This document shows, piece after piece, positions 47,510 to 55,841 of a stretch of DNA of 64,000 nt. The stretch is taken from NCBI GenBank assembly GCA_020637395.1, contig JACJWA010000003.1, positions 10,380-74,379 on the forward strand, given 5' to 3'. Under the pieces are notes generated by a model. The model did not search any database. It was not told where the DNA came from and saw nothing but the letters and a program-made list of their open reading frames with translations. The stretch is from Calditrichota bacterium (GTDB lineage: Bacteria; Electryoneota; RPQS01). A program made the translations under genes and the position numbers. Numbering within the stretch: position 1 is the stretch's first letter; the number at the start of each line of letters is the position of its first letter.

Positions 47510-48661
47510 CTACTGGAAGATTGTTACGTCGCGTGCTTCCAAAAGCGGAATCCAATAAAATCTTGAACTGTCCGACAACGGATTGCTCTGCGCATTCACA
47601 AAGTCTCCATCATTCAGACCATCATTGCGATAGAGCGGTTCAAGATTCGCGATCTGATTATTCTGAAGATAGAGATATCTGATCTCCGACATCCCCGATA
47701 GAGCGGCAATGTCGTGAACCTGATTGTCCGCGATACTCAGTATCGTGAGGTTCGCCAGTCCGCCGAGCGACGAAACATTTGAAAGCTCATTATCGCCTAC
47801 CGACAGATACGTCAGATTCGTAAGCTGACTCAGCGGTTCAACGCTCGTCAGTGAGCATTGGGACAAGTCCAAAGTTGTCAGCCCCGTCAGATAGCGCAGC
47901 GGCTCCGCGCTCGAAATGTCACATTGCCAGGCTGAAAGATATTCCAGATAGATTGCCTGACTCAGCACACTCAGCGACGTCACTTGTGTCGCATGTATGT
48001 CCAACTCGCGAAGATTGGGAGTCCGCGACAAAGGCGCAAGGTCCGAGACACCTGTTCTCGCGACGGAGAGATACTCAAGCTGCGGCAAGTCCCGCACAAA
48101 CTCGATGTCGTCTATCTCACTGTCGTCAAGGTTAAGCCCCAGAAGTTCCTGGCAGTCGCGCAACGGCTCTCCACTCGTGACTCCGTTCCCCGCCGCATCG
48201 AGATAGGCGAGCTGACCGTGACCTGAAAGCGGCGTGAGGTCGGGAGCCTCATTGTACGAGATCGAAAGCTCTTTCAAACCGGACAGCGGCACAAAGGCGT
48301 CCCACGATTCAATCTGATTGTAGTCCAGATAGATCGTGTCCAATTCAAACATCGAAGCGAGCGGCGTGATATCTTGGATCAGATTGATGCGAAGATTCAG
48401 AAAGTCCAGGGAGCGAAGTGCTTCGATGCCTTCCAAACTCACAATTGCTTTGCCCTGTGCGGTTAGTCTTCTTAGCCCCTCCACATCCCCAACGGTGAGC
48501 TCTCCGTCCGGCTTCAAGACCGCCGCGCGAATTGCTCCTTCAAGGTTCGAATCCGCAATCATCACCGGCTGCTCCAGTCTGCCAAATCCGCTGTCCTTCT
48601 CCCGGTCGCAGCCCGCAAGCAAAAGGGAAACCAGCAACGTGCCCCAAATCATGCTCTTCAT
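47510..48661 (-). CDS. leucine-rich-repeat (internalin-like) lipoprotein
   Basis: Lipobox LLLAGC after the signal peptide; about 14 tandem ~22-aa LRRs (L..L..L.L..N.I.D..PL). Confidence 0.85.
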   Translation of the reverse strand: MKSMIWGTLLVSLLLAGCDREKDSGFGRLEQPVMIADSNLEGAIRAAVLKPDGELTVGDVEGLRRLTAQGKAIVSLEGIEALRSLDFLNLRINLIQDITPLASMFELDTIYLDYNQIESWDAFVPLSGLKELSISYNEAPDLTPLSGHGQLAYLDAAGNGVTSGEPLRDCQELLGLNLDDSEIDDIEFVRDLPQLEYLSVARTGVSDLAPLSRTPNLRELDIHATQVTSLSVLSQAIYLEYLSAWQCDISSAEPLRYLTGLTTLDLSQCSLTSVEPLSQLTNLTYLSVGDNELSNVSSLGGLANLTILSIADNQVHDIAALSGMSEIRYLYLQNNQIANLEPLYRNDGLNDGDFVNAQSNPLSDSSRFYWIPLLEARDVTIFQ

Positions 48662-48713
48662 GTTTCCTCCGGTGGGTTGTCCCTGACAATGTACAATCGG
48701 AAATGAGGAAAGT

Positions 48714-48751
48714 CAAAACCCCCGGCGGGGAGCAGCCGCCGGGGGTCTTTT
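48714..48751 (-). terminator. rho-independent terminator of the T9SS-cargo gene
   Basis: Minus-strand sense: ACCCCCGGCGG-loop-CCGCCGGGGGTTTTGAC. Confidence 0.75.
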
Positions 48752-48771
48752 GTGAGAACGATCGGTTGCTC

Positions 48772-51009
48772 TTACTTGAGCAGCATCATCTTCTTCATGT
48801 CCGTGAAGTTCTTCGTCTCAAGCCTGTAGAAGTACATACCACTCGGCAGACTCGACGCATCGAAGTTCACTGTGTAGCGGCCCGCATTCTGCGCGCCATT
48901 CACCAGCGTCGCAACCTGACGACCCAGCAGGTCAAAGACCGCCAGATTCACGTTTGTTGCGTCCGCAAGATCATAGCTGATCTGCGTGCTCGGGTTGAAC
49001 GGGTTCGGGAAGTTCTGATGCAGCGCGAATTCGCTCACAACTGAGGAATGCGGCTCCACCAGACTCTCGACTTCGCCGACGGTCATACGATTGCCGTCAA
49101 TATCTATCGCCACCAGATTGTAGCGATACGTAACTCCCGGCTCGACGTCGGAATCCACGAACTGATAGAAATGCTGACTCGGGCTCGTGCCCGCGGCGTC
49201 CACACGAGCGCCAGCGCGCTGCCAGGCTGTTCCGTTCCAGCGATTCACTTCGAACATGTCGTTGTCCGTCTCGCTGGCCGTCGTCCACGACAGCACCACG
49301 CGGCCATCCGCACCATTCGCCGTGAAGGACATCAGCTCAACCGGCAACTGGAAGTCTTCCAGAATGTAATCTTCCGTTTCGCCCAACACTTCATCCACAA
49401 ACGTGAGCGCCGTGATGCAGTCAATCAGCTCGCCTTCGCGCGACGGAACCTGACCACCGCACGACGTCAAGCGGAAACGGAAACGACCATCGTAACGACC
49501 GATATCCAGAATGCCCGGATCCGGGAAGCAGAATCTCTCGGTCAAAGTCGCGTTCGGACCAGACGGGAACACCGGCTCACCTTCAATCAAGCACTCGTCA
49601 ATCACAACCGTGTCATCATTGTTGACCGGTTCGTAGATGTCGTCAAAATCGCAGTCGAGGTTTCCGTCTTTCCAGCCCCACACGAACAGAGGCGTGCCTT
49701 GAACATAGGCAGGACCCGTTGAAATCGTCACGTCCACGCACACATAGTCCCCCGGCATCCAGGCGCCGTTCGGACGATTCGTGGGCACGAATTCGATTCC
49801 ATCATCGCAATCATCGAAGTTCACGACGTGCGGGAACAGCTCATGCGACACGCATTCGCCCAGCCAGGCCACCTGATCTTCCGGTGCAAACACCGCGTTG
49901 GCTGGACCACCGCTCTCCGGCGTGTTCGTCGGATAGCACGGCTCCTGCCCGTCGGTGAACGGAGGCAAATCGCCTAAGTCATAGCCCACCGGTTCCGGCG
50001 GAAGCTGACCACAAGTCATATACACAACCAGCTTCGATGACCACACCTCTGTTGCCCAGGCGCACTGATCCGACATCGCGTCTATGTCCAAGAAGACGCC
50101 CACAACGCCCTGTTGAAGCGCTTCCGGTGCCACAAAGAAACGTGTCTCGGACACCGAGAGATTCGAACCCGGAGTCGTGTACGGATTCAAAATGCCCGCC
50201 GGATTGTCATTGATGAACACTTCGTCGAACTGGCAGTACGACGCTTCGCTCGCAGGACCGTACTCGTCGCAGAAATCGTTCTCATACGCGCAGATCACGA
50301 CATACGCTGAGTCAATCGTGTAATCTTCGCACTCGAAGTTCGAGAAGTCAATGTAGTGCGACCAGCCGAAGTCCTGGTTGTACCAATTGTAGAACCCAAA
50401 ACCGACTTGATTGCGGTCCGGATTCGCGGAAATGTCCTGGCAAGGTGTGCCTTCCGTCACCCATGGTCCGAAATAGTTCGGTTCGCTGGACTCTGCGTCC
50501 ACGGTTTCCACGTAGATGGCCTGATTGCCTTCATACGAGAAACCTTCCTGGAACGGCACAGACAGGCACGGGGCCTCACAGGAGGTGATACTAAGCACGA
50601 AGTCTCCGTACCCTTCGATCACCACGTAGTACGTGCCTTCTTCAAGCCACATGCAACGGATGCGATCGTAGTTCTCCACAAGGCCGCGCGGAAAGAGTTG
50701 GTCTCCGTCGCAGCAGCCGGTAAGGATGTAGATATACCCGTCATCATCAAGCTCCTCCAGATCGAATGTGTAGAGGCCGTCCTCATTCACAAACAATTGA
50801 AGGATGAACTCATCCGTAGGCCGGCGCCCGCAATTGCCTTCGGTGTCATCAATGGCGATATCAATCGTCGCGCCATTGCTTGTCGAAATTGAAGTCTCTT
50901 CATCAGCCGAACAGTCATCCAGTCGGCCGGGACTTCCTCGGTCCCCTGCCATCGCCACGCTCGCTGTCGCCAGCGCCGCGACCATAAACATACTGTACAA
51001 GATCTTCAC
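48772..51009 (-). CDS. secreted protein with N-terminal Cys-rich PPC-like module, Fn3-like domain and T9SS (Por) C-terminal sorting domain
   Basis: Signal peptide. C-terminus LHQNFPNPFNPSTQISYDL...GMYFYRLETKNFTDMKKMMLLK fits the type-A T9SS CTD pattern. Confidence 0.85.
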   Translation of the reverse strand: MKILYSMFMVAALATASVAMAGDRGSPGRLDDCSADEETSISTSNGATIDIAIDDTEGNCGRRPTDEFILQLFVNEDGLYTFDLEELDDDGYIYILTGCCDGDQLFPRGLVENYDRIRCMWLEEGTYYVVIEGYGDFVLSITSCEAPCLSVPFQEGFSYEGNQAIYVETVDAESSEPNYFGPWVTEGTPCQDISANPDRNQVGFGFYNWYNQDFGWSHYIDFSNFECEDYTIDSAYVVICAYENDFCDEYGPASEASYCQFDEVFINDNPAGILNPYTTPGSNLSVSETRFFVAPEALQQGVVGVFLDIDAMSDQCAWATEVWSSKLVVYMTCGQLPPEPVGYDLGDLPPFTDGQEPCYPTNTPESGGPANAVFAPEDQVAWLGECVSHELFPHVVNFDDCDDGIEFVPTNRPNGAWMPGDYVCVDVTISTGPAYVQGTPLFVWGWKDGNLDCDFDDIYEPVNNDDTVVIDECLIEGEPVFPSGPNATLTERFCFPDPGILDIGRYDGRFRFRLTSCGGQVPSREGELIDCITALTFVDEVLGETEDYILEDFQLPVELMSFTANGADGRVVLSWTTASETDNDMFEVNRWNGTAWQRAGARVDAAGTSPSQHFYQFVDSDVEPGVTYRYNLVAIDIDGNRMTVGEVESLVEPHSSVVSEFALHQNFPNPFNPSTQISYDLADATNVNLAVFDLLGRQVATLVNGAQNAGRYTVNFDASSLPSGMYFYRLETKNFTDMKKMMLLK

Positions 51010-51347
51010 ATGCTCCTCCGATCGTCTCCTATGTTCACGTTTCTATCTCTAATTGATTGCCTCTGGGAATTCAAACAGACCGGCAGAAACTACTTCTATA
51101 CAACTCTTTGATTTTCAACAGTCAAAGAAGGAATCTGCGATTCACCTGAGACAATATTCAACTTAGCTCTGCAATACTGCTTCTGCAATCGAAACCTCAA
51201 CTTACGTTGAAGTTGGAGGGTCGTTTCTCGTTTCCTACACCTTTGTTAATCTGACATTTGTGCTAAATATAGTAGCTATATCAGACAGCTGTTTCTTTGT
51301 GTAAGTTTATCAAACTTCACTTGTCTCTCCACACCCGCTGATCCGGC

Positions 51348-51376
51348 TTGACTATTGCCTTAACGATCAGTAAATT
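51348..51376 (+). promoter_or_regulatory. candidate sigma70-type promoter of tRNA-Phe
   Basis: TTGACT, 17 nt, TAAATT, ending 14 nt before the tRNA 5' end. Confidence 0.45.
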
Positions 51377-51390
51377 AGCGTTTCCCTCGC

Positions 51391-51463
<73 letters not shown>

Positions 51464-51939
51464 CCCGAATGCCTGGCTTCCTCTGGAGGCCGGGCATTGC
51501 ATTTTGCAAGCCCCTCCAGTTGTGCTGAACCCCGCACCGAAAGGATGACGCCTTCGTTGCGGGGTTCTTGCACAAACTCTCGACGGATATTCCGCAACGC
51601 CAAACCACTTCGGACGGTGCGACTGAAATGTAGCCTCGCAACCCCCTAAAGTCAATTCAAAACATAGTCTTAAGATTATTCGAAAGTGGAATGTGGCGAT
51701 TGCGCCGCATCTCTCGACCCGATCTGTACTTCGGCCCTATCGGTGTTATACCCCGCTTCATAACAGCTTCATCTGATCCCTTCATGAATCTGCAAGCCCA
51801 TCGCGACGCGCGCCTCTCAAGAATTTCTGCTCAGGGTCTGCAACCTGTGGCCGGTTGATGCTGTCTCATGTTGTAGATAACAGCCACGGCCATGCGCGAT
51901 CTGACGCGGGACCCATGATCGCTTTGCCTGGCTAACAAG

Positions 51940-51977
51940 AAACCCCCGACTTTGACACCGGTCGGGGGTTTCGTTTT
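51940..51977. terminator. rho-independent terminator (hairpin usable on both strands)
   Basis: AAACCCCCGAC-loop-GTCGGGGGTTT then CGTTTTT; 17 nt downstream of the stop of the minus-strand gene at 51994. Confidence 0.65.
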
Positions 51978-51993
51978 TCTATGTCTTCCTGTC

Positions 51994-53658
51994 CTATCGG
52001 GACACGTGCGAGGCTTCCTTGGCAAGATGCGGGGGCGGATCCGATACGAACAATCCGCCAGGCGGCGCCAACTGTATTGCTCCTCCCGGAAGCACTCTGA
52101 ACTGCACGACCTCCAAGGTCTGGTCTCTGCCCAGCGTGCGGTCAAAGGTCTCCACCGACGTGCGATTCACCACGCGGACATTAAACGTCTGTTGCGAAAT
52201 CTCATTGCCGCAATCCGACCACCAATCCACCCACACCGTGTAGTCGCCCACCGGTGCCGTTTGCCAAAAAATATTCTCCGGCGTTCCGTTCTCGTAGTTG
52301 CCGCAGAGATTATCGCGGTCCAATTCTCCGCCCGTTGCGGTCTGCGAGTGACCAAAGTAGCAGCGCTCGCCCGAAGGTTCGTACACCCAGAGATCCAGGT
52401 CAATGGACTCCGTGTTGAACCACTGCAAGGTAATTTGCACTTCTCCTGTTCCCACCGGAACTGAAGCGTCCGGTTCGCAATGACAGCGGCCCGCCGCGGG
52501 TGCCGCAATCGAACCGTCCGTTATGAATCCGTTCCAGTTCGCCGCGCAGCTTCCTCCTCCGTCCCACACCCTTCCGGATCCTTGGGTCACCGTGATCGTA
52601 CGCATTTGATAACGCCACGTGCCATCGTTCGCGCGCTGCTGCATACAGATTGTGTAGAGGCCTTGCGGCACATAAAGCTGTATAGACTCACGCATCCCGA
52701 GAAGACTGGAACCACTCATGGCGTGCAAGCCAAGTTCGGGGATGTAGGATTGATCCTGTGCCGGATAAGCCAAGGTGTAACTCTCCACGCACAACGATGT
52801 GATGTCCGCAGAACCATTTTCCAAGTCAATGCATCCCCATCCGCCGGAATACCCCCCGGGCGTCGTGCGAACCGCTGCAAACCAAACCGAGAGTTCATAG
52901 GTCTGCGCCGTGATCGTTCCGGAAAACTCGTCGTAAAGGCCCGCAAAACACTCCAGTTGGCTTGTCGTCGGATTGATACGGTACAGACTGACTTCCTTGT
53001 TGGCAACGTCAGCGCCGTCCAGAAGAGGCACAGTGACCTCGACGGGATAGTTGAACACAAATCCGCCCGGAGTGCAGCGATAGTAGTTGGACACGCGCGT
53101 TTGACCCGGAGGGGGGGCCGCAGAGGCTGTTGTGTCCCGGGAAATCGAAAAGACCATGGCCGCAGTCTGGCCATGTTCAGAAAGCGGCACCGCACCTTCC
53201 GGAACATGAATGCTCGCACCGTAGCGTGTTGTAATGGTTCCTTGTTCCGTGCTGCGCACGACGCCGGAGGCGGCGTCCGCATTGGTTACCGTCAGGTCTT
53301 GCTCCGCGGATGACGATCTGCCCAGGCGATCATATCCCACCACCCGCAAATCGTAGTCGCCGTCGGCAATCGTTTCGCTGTTCCATTCCCAAACACTCGA
53401 AGGACTGCTGGCCGCAGGATTCGGATCCGTGTACATCGCCACTTCATCCACGAAATACACCACTCGATCCAACGCGTCGTTGTTCACATCATGCCCGAAA
53501 ACCTCTACCCGCACCATGCCGCTCAGTTCTGTGCCCGCACCGGGGTTCAGAATAGTCAACGTCGGATTGCCGTCCTTCGGCTCGGTCGGCTCTTCGTCAC
53601 AGGCGGTGATGACAATCAGCAACGGCAGCATGCACATTGCAAGAAAAGTACGTCGCAT
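51994..53658 (-). CDS. lipoprotein with Ig-like domain and C-terminal DUF2135/YfaP-like domain
   Basis: Lipobox VITAC. C-terminal IDLDLWVYEPSGERCYFGH..GGELDRDN..GYENGTPENIF pattern. Confidence 0.7.
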   Translation of the reverse strand: MRRTFLAMCMLPLLIVITACDEEPTEPKDGNPTLTILNPGAGTELSGMVRVEVFGHDVNNDALDRVVYFVDEVAMYTDPNPAASSPSSVWEWNSETIADGDYDLRVVGYDRLGRSSSAEQDLTVTNADAASGVVRSTEQGTITTRYGASIHVPEGAVPLSEHGQTAAMVFSISRDTTASAAPPPGQTRVSNYYRCTPGGFVFNYPVEVTVPLLDGADVANKEVSLYRINPTTSQLECFAGLYDEFSGTITAQTYELSVWFAAVRTTPGGYSGGWGCIDLENGSADITSLCVESYTLAYPAQDQSYIPELGLHAMSGSSLLGMRESIQLYVPQGLYTICMQQRANDGTWRYQMRTITVTQGSGRVWDGGGSCAANWNGFITDGSIAAPAAGRCHCEPDASVPVGTGEVQITLQWFNTESIDLDLWVYEPSGERCYFGHSQTATGGELDRDNLCGNYENGTPENIFWQTAPVGDYTVWVDWWSDCGNEISQQTFNVRVVNRTSVETFDRTLGRDQTLEVVQFRVLPGGAIQLAPPGGLFVSDPPPHLAKEASHVSR

Positions 53659-53719
53659 TTCAACTCCTTACAGGTATTCGTCCCTTTCAGAGCAAATGCC
53701 GTGCGAAACTCTATCCAAC

Positions 53720-53751
53720 AAAAAAACGGGGCAGCCACACTAGCTGCCCCG
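53720..53751 (-). terminator. rho-independent terminator of the beta-barrel gene
   Basis: Minus sense: CGGGGCAGC-loop-GCTGCCCCG followed by TTTTTTT. Confidence 0.85.
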
Positions 53752-53777
53752 CTCGCATTTCTGCGAAAGTGCTTGTC

Positions 53778-54938
53778 TTATTCCTTGTCGAAATTGATCT
53801 TCAGCGACGCGCGCGTGAAGATCATGTCGTCGTAGCCCGACAGGAAGTTCGGACCATAGCCGAAGAACGACGGATGAAGAGTCACATCACCCTGGAAACG
53901 ATTCCAGCGCATCGTCGCGCCGACGTACAGGTCAGTCACGCTCGACGAATACTCCGGCTTGCCCAGCTCGGACTCTTCGGTCACGCCGCGCCAATCGCGC
54001 TCGGCACCAAAACGGCCCCACAGCCACTGGAAGAGCATGGACTCAACGCCCACGCGCCAGAACAAGTCACTCTGGGAATCAGTCGTTTCGTCGCCGCCGT
54101 CCGGCTTGAACGTCTCACCCATGCTGCGCAGTCCAATTTCGGAAATCACGAGCAGGTTTTCCTTCGGCGTCCAGTTGTTGCCCAGACCCAGGCGGAACGT
54201 CGAGGTGCTGTATTCATGCGAGGCATCGCCAAGCTTGGCGTTGTCCGTGTGCATGCCAATTGCGAGGCTCGGAACAATCGTGTACTCGTCATTGGCCATG
54301 TGCCAGTAGCGGCCAGCCAACATGATGTCGCTCGCGCCATCAGCTTCGGCCAGCGTGCTGCCGCCGTGGTCCACGGTGTAGGAACCCGAGCGGAAGCCCA
54401 ACGACACGTCGAGCTTGTCTTCCAAAGCCGTCAAGCCGAGCAGCAAGCCGAATTCGCCGTACGAATCGTCAATGTCGCCGCCGTCGGAATCCGTCACGTA
54501 GGTTTTACCGGCATAGTGCAAACCGAGGCCGACCAGCACGGCGCCCATCGGACGACCGTAGGTCACGTTCAGCTTGTTGTAGCCACCGTCCACCGCGTCC
54601 AACCCGGCCAACTGAGCGCCGGCCAGCATGCCGTAGTTGCGGTGATTCAGGTTGTCCACTGCGAGTTGCAGAACGGAAGCTTCCGAACCGAAATCGAAGT
54701 TCACATAGGCCTTGTGCAGACCGTAGGGAGCTGAACCGCCGTACGCTTCCAAACCCGCCTGCATGCCGTAGTGCTTGATCAACTGCGGCCACACCGTCGG
54801 ATTGTAGGCATCGCGAACGATGTAGTTGGTCTCTGAACCACCGAGGCCGATCAAGCGGGTGACCGTCGCGTACGACGTCATGGGAACGGCCACGACCGCC
54901 AAAACAAGGGCGGTCAAAAAGACTTTACGAAGAGTCAT
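53778..54938 (-). CDS. putative outer-membrane beta-barrel (porin-like) protein
   Basis: ORF 53778..55046. ATG 54938 preceded by AAGGAG; signal peptide MTLRKVFLTALVLAVVAVPMTSYA; alternating amphipathic strands rich in G/Y/aromatics. Confidence 0.7.
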   Translation of the reverse strand: MTLRKVFLTALVLAVVAVPMTSYATVTRLIGLGGSETNYIVRDAYNPTVWPQLIKHYGMQAGLEAYGGSAPYGLHKAYVNFDFGSEASVLQLAVDNLNHRNYGMLAGAQLAGLDAVDGGYNKLNVTYGRPMGAVLVGLGLHYAGKTYVTDSDGGDIDDSYGEFGLLLGLTALEDKLDVSLGFRSGSYTVDHGGSTLAEADGASDIMLAGRYWHMANDEYTIVPSLAIGMHTDNAKLGDASHEYSTSTFRLGLGNNWTPKENLLVISEIGLRSMGETFKPDGGDETTDSQSDLFWRVGVESMLFQWLWGRFGAERDWRGVTEESELGKPEYSSSVTDLYVGATMRWNRFQGDVTLHPSFFGYGPNFLSGYDDMIFTRASLKINFDKE

Positions 54939-55305
54939 GTACTGTTTCTCCTTGGTTTCCTGTTGCGGAACTTGCGCAAATATAGAACAATCTAAACCGA
55001 AATGCAAGGCATTTTTCTGTTCTGGACTCCATATGGGCGTCCGCAATTACTTAGATAGTCAATACCTTATGTTCGTTGCAACCATGTGTCATGTTTCACA
55101 AACCGGCAATTTTTCCCAGCATTCGAATCTCGAAAAATAATGAAAATACTCGATTTATCCACATATCCACAGGGTGTTGCATGACCAAAACCGCTTCGAC
55201 CAATTCCCCGTAATCCCCCGCTTCTGTAGCCTCGTTAATCATTGTCAAGGAGGCACCGCCGCCGACTTGTGTCCTCTTTGCCTCTCTTTTGGTTTCCCTC
55301 ACAAA

Positions 55306-55321
55306 CGGCACATCCTTTGCG
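55306..55321 (+). promoter_or_regulatory. candidate sigma54 (-24/-12) promoter
   Basis: cGGCACatcctTTGCg: GG (55307-8) and GC (55319-20) with the canonical 12-nt offset, about 55 nt upstream of the ATG at 55375. Confidence 0.4.
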
Positions 55322-55374
55322 CACTCTCACTCCGTATGTTTCGAATACCTTGAACTTTCCACCCCCCTGACAAG

Positions 55375-55746
55375 ATGCAAAAATGCTTGGTGGTTGATGA
55401 CGACCGGGGCATGCTTGACATGCTGGCTCAATGCGTGACCGATCTGGGATATGAACCAATTACGGCTGAGGACGGCGACCAGGCGTTTTCCGCCTTTCGC
55501 CAGCATCATCCGGTGCTGGTAATCTCCGACATCCACATGCCAAACCGCAACGGGCTGTTGTTGCTAAAGGACATCAAGGAAGACGATCCAACCGTCCCGA
55601 TTATTCTAATCACGGGCTGGATGCACTACAAGGCCGCCCTGAACACCGCTTCGCCGCGCCCTGACGCGCTGCTGGAAAAGCCCTTCGCCCTGGATCAGCT
55701 CAGGAAGACCATTGCCGACCTGCGCGTGGAGAGCTCCGCGGCATAA
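55375..55746 (+). CDS. single-domain response regulator (CheY-like receiver)
   Basis: CLVVDDDRGMLD...VLVISDIHMPNRNG...ILITG receiver motifs; 123 aa; no partner kinase adjacent. Confidence 0.88.
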   Translation: MQKCLVVDDDRGMLDMLAQCVTDLGYEPITAEDGDQAFSAFRQHHPVLVISDIHMPNRNGLLLLKDIKEDDPTVPIILITGWMHYKAALNTASPRPDALLEKPFALDQLRKTIADLRVESSAA

Positions 55747-55841
55747 CATCGCGAGTAAGCCGCTCCCTGTGAGAACGGCCTCGAAATACAAGAAGCCCGA
55801 TGCTTTCGCATCGGGCTTCTGACTTTTTGGAAGAACTCCAG

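Noticed and set aside
49048-50892. Plus-strand ORFs 49048-49722 and 50356-50892
   Set aside because: Antisense shadow frames of the T9SS cargo gene 48772-51009.
52480-53313. 277-aa plus-strand ORF (and the 188-aa alternative minus frame 52716-53282)
   Set aside because: They overlap the lipoprotein gene 51994-53658, which has a lipobox and a DUF2135-like domain. Both are Arg-rich shadow frames.
53637-54734. 365-aa plus-strand ORF
   Set aside because: Antisense to the beta-barrel gene, which has an RBS, signal peptide and terminator. The composition (R/A/H/V-rich) is typical of a shadow ORF.
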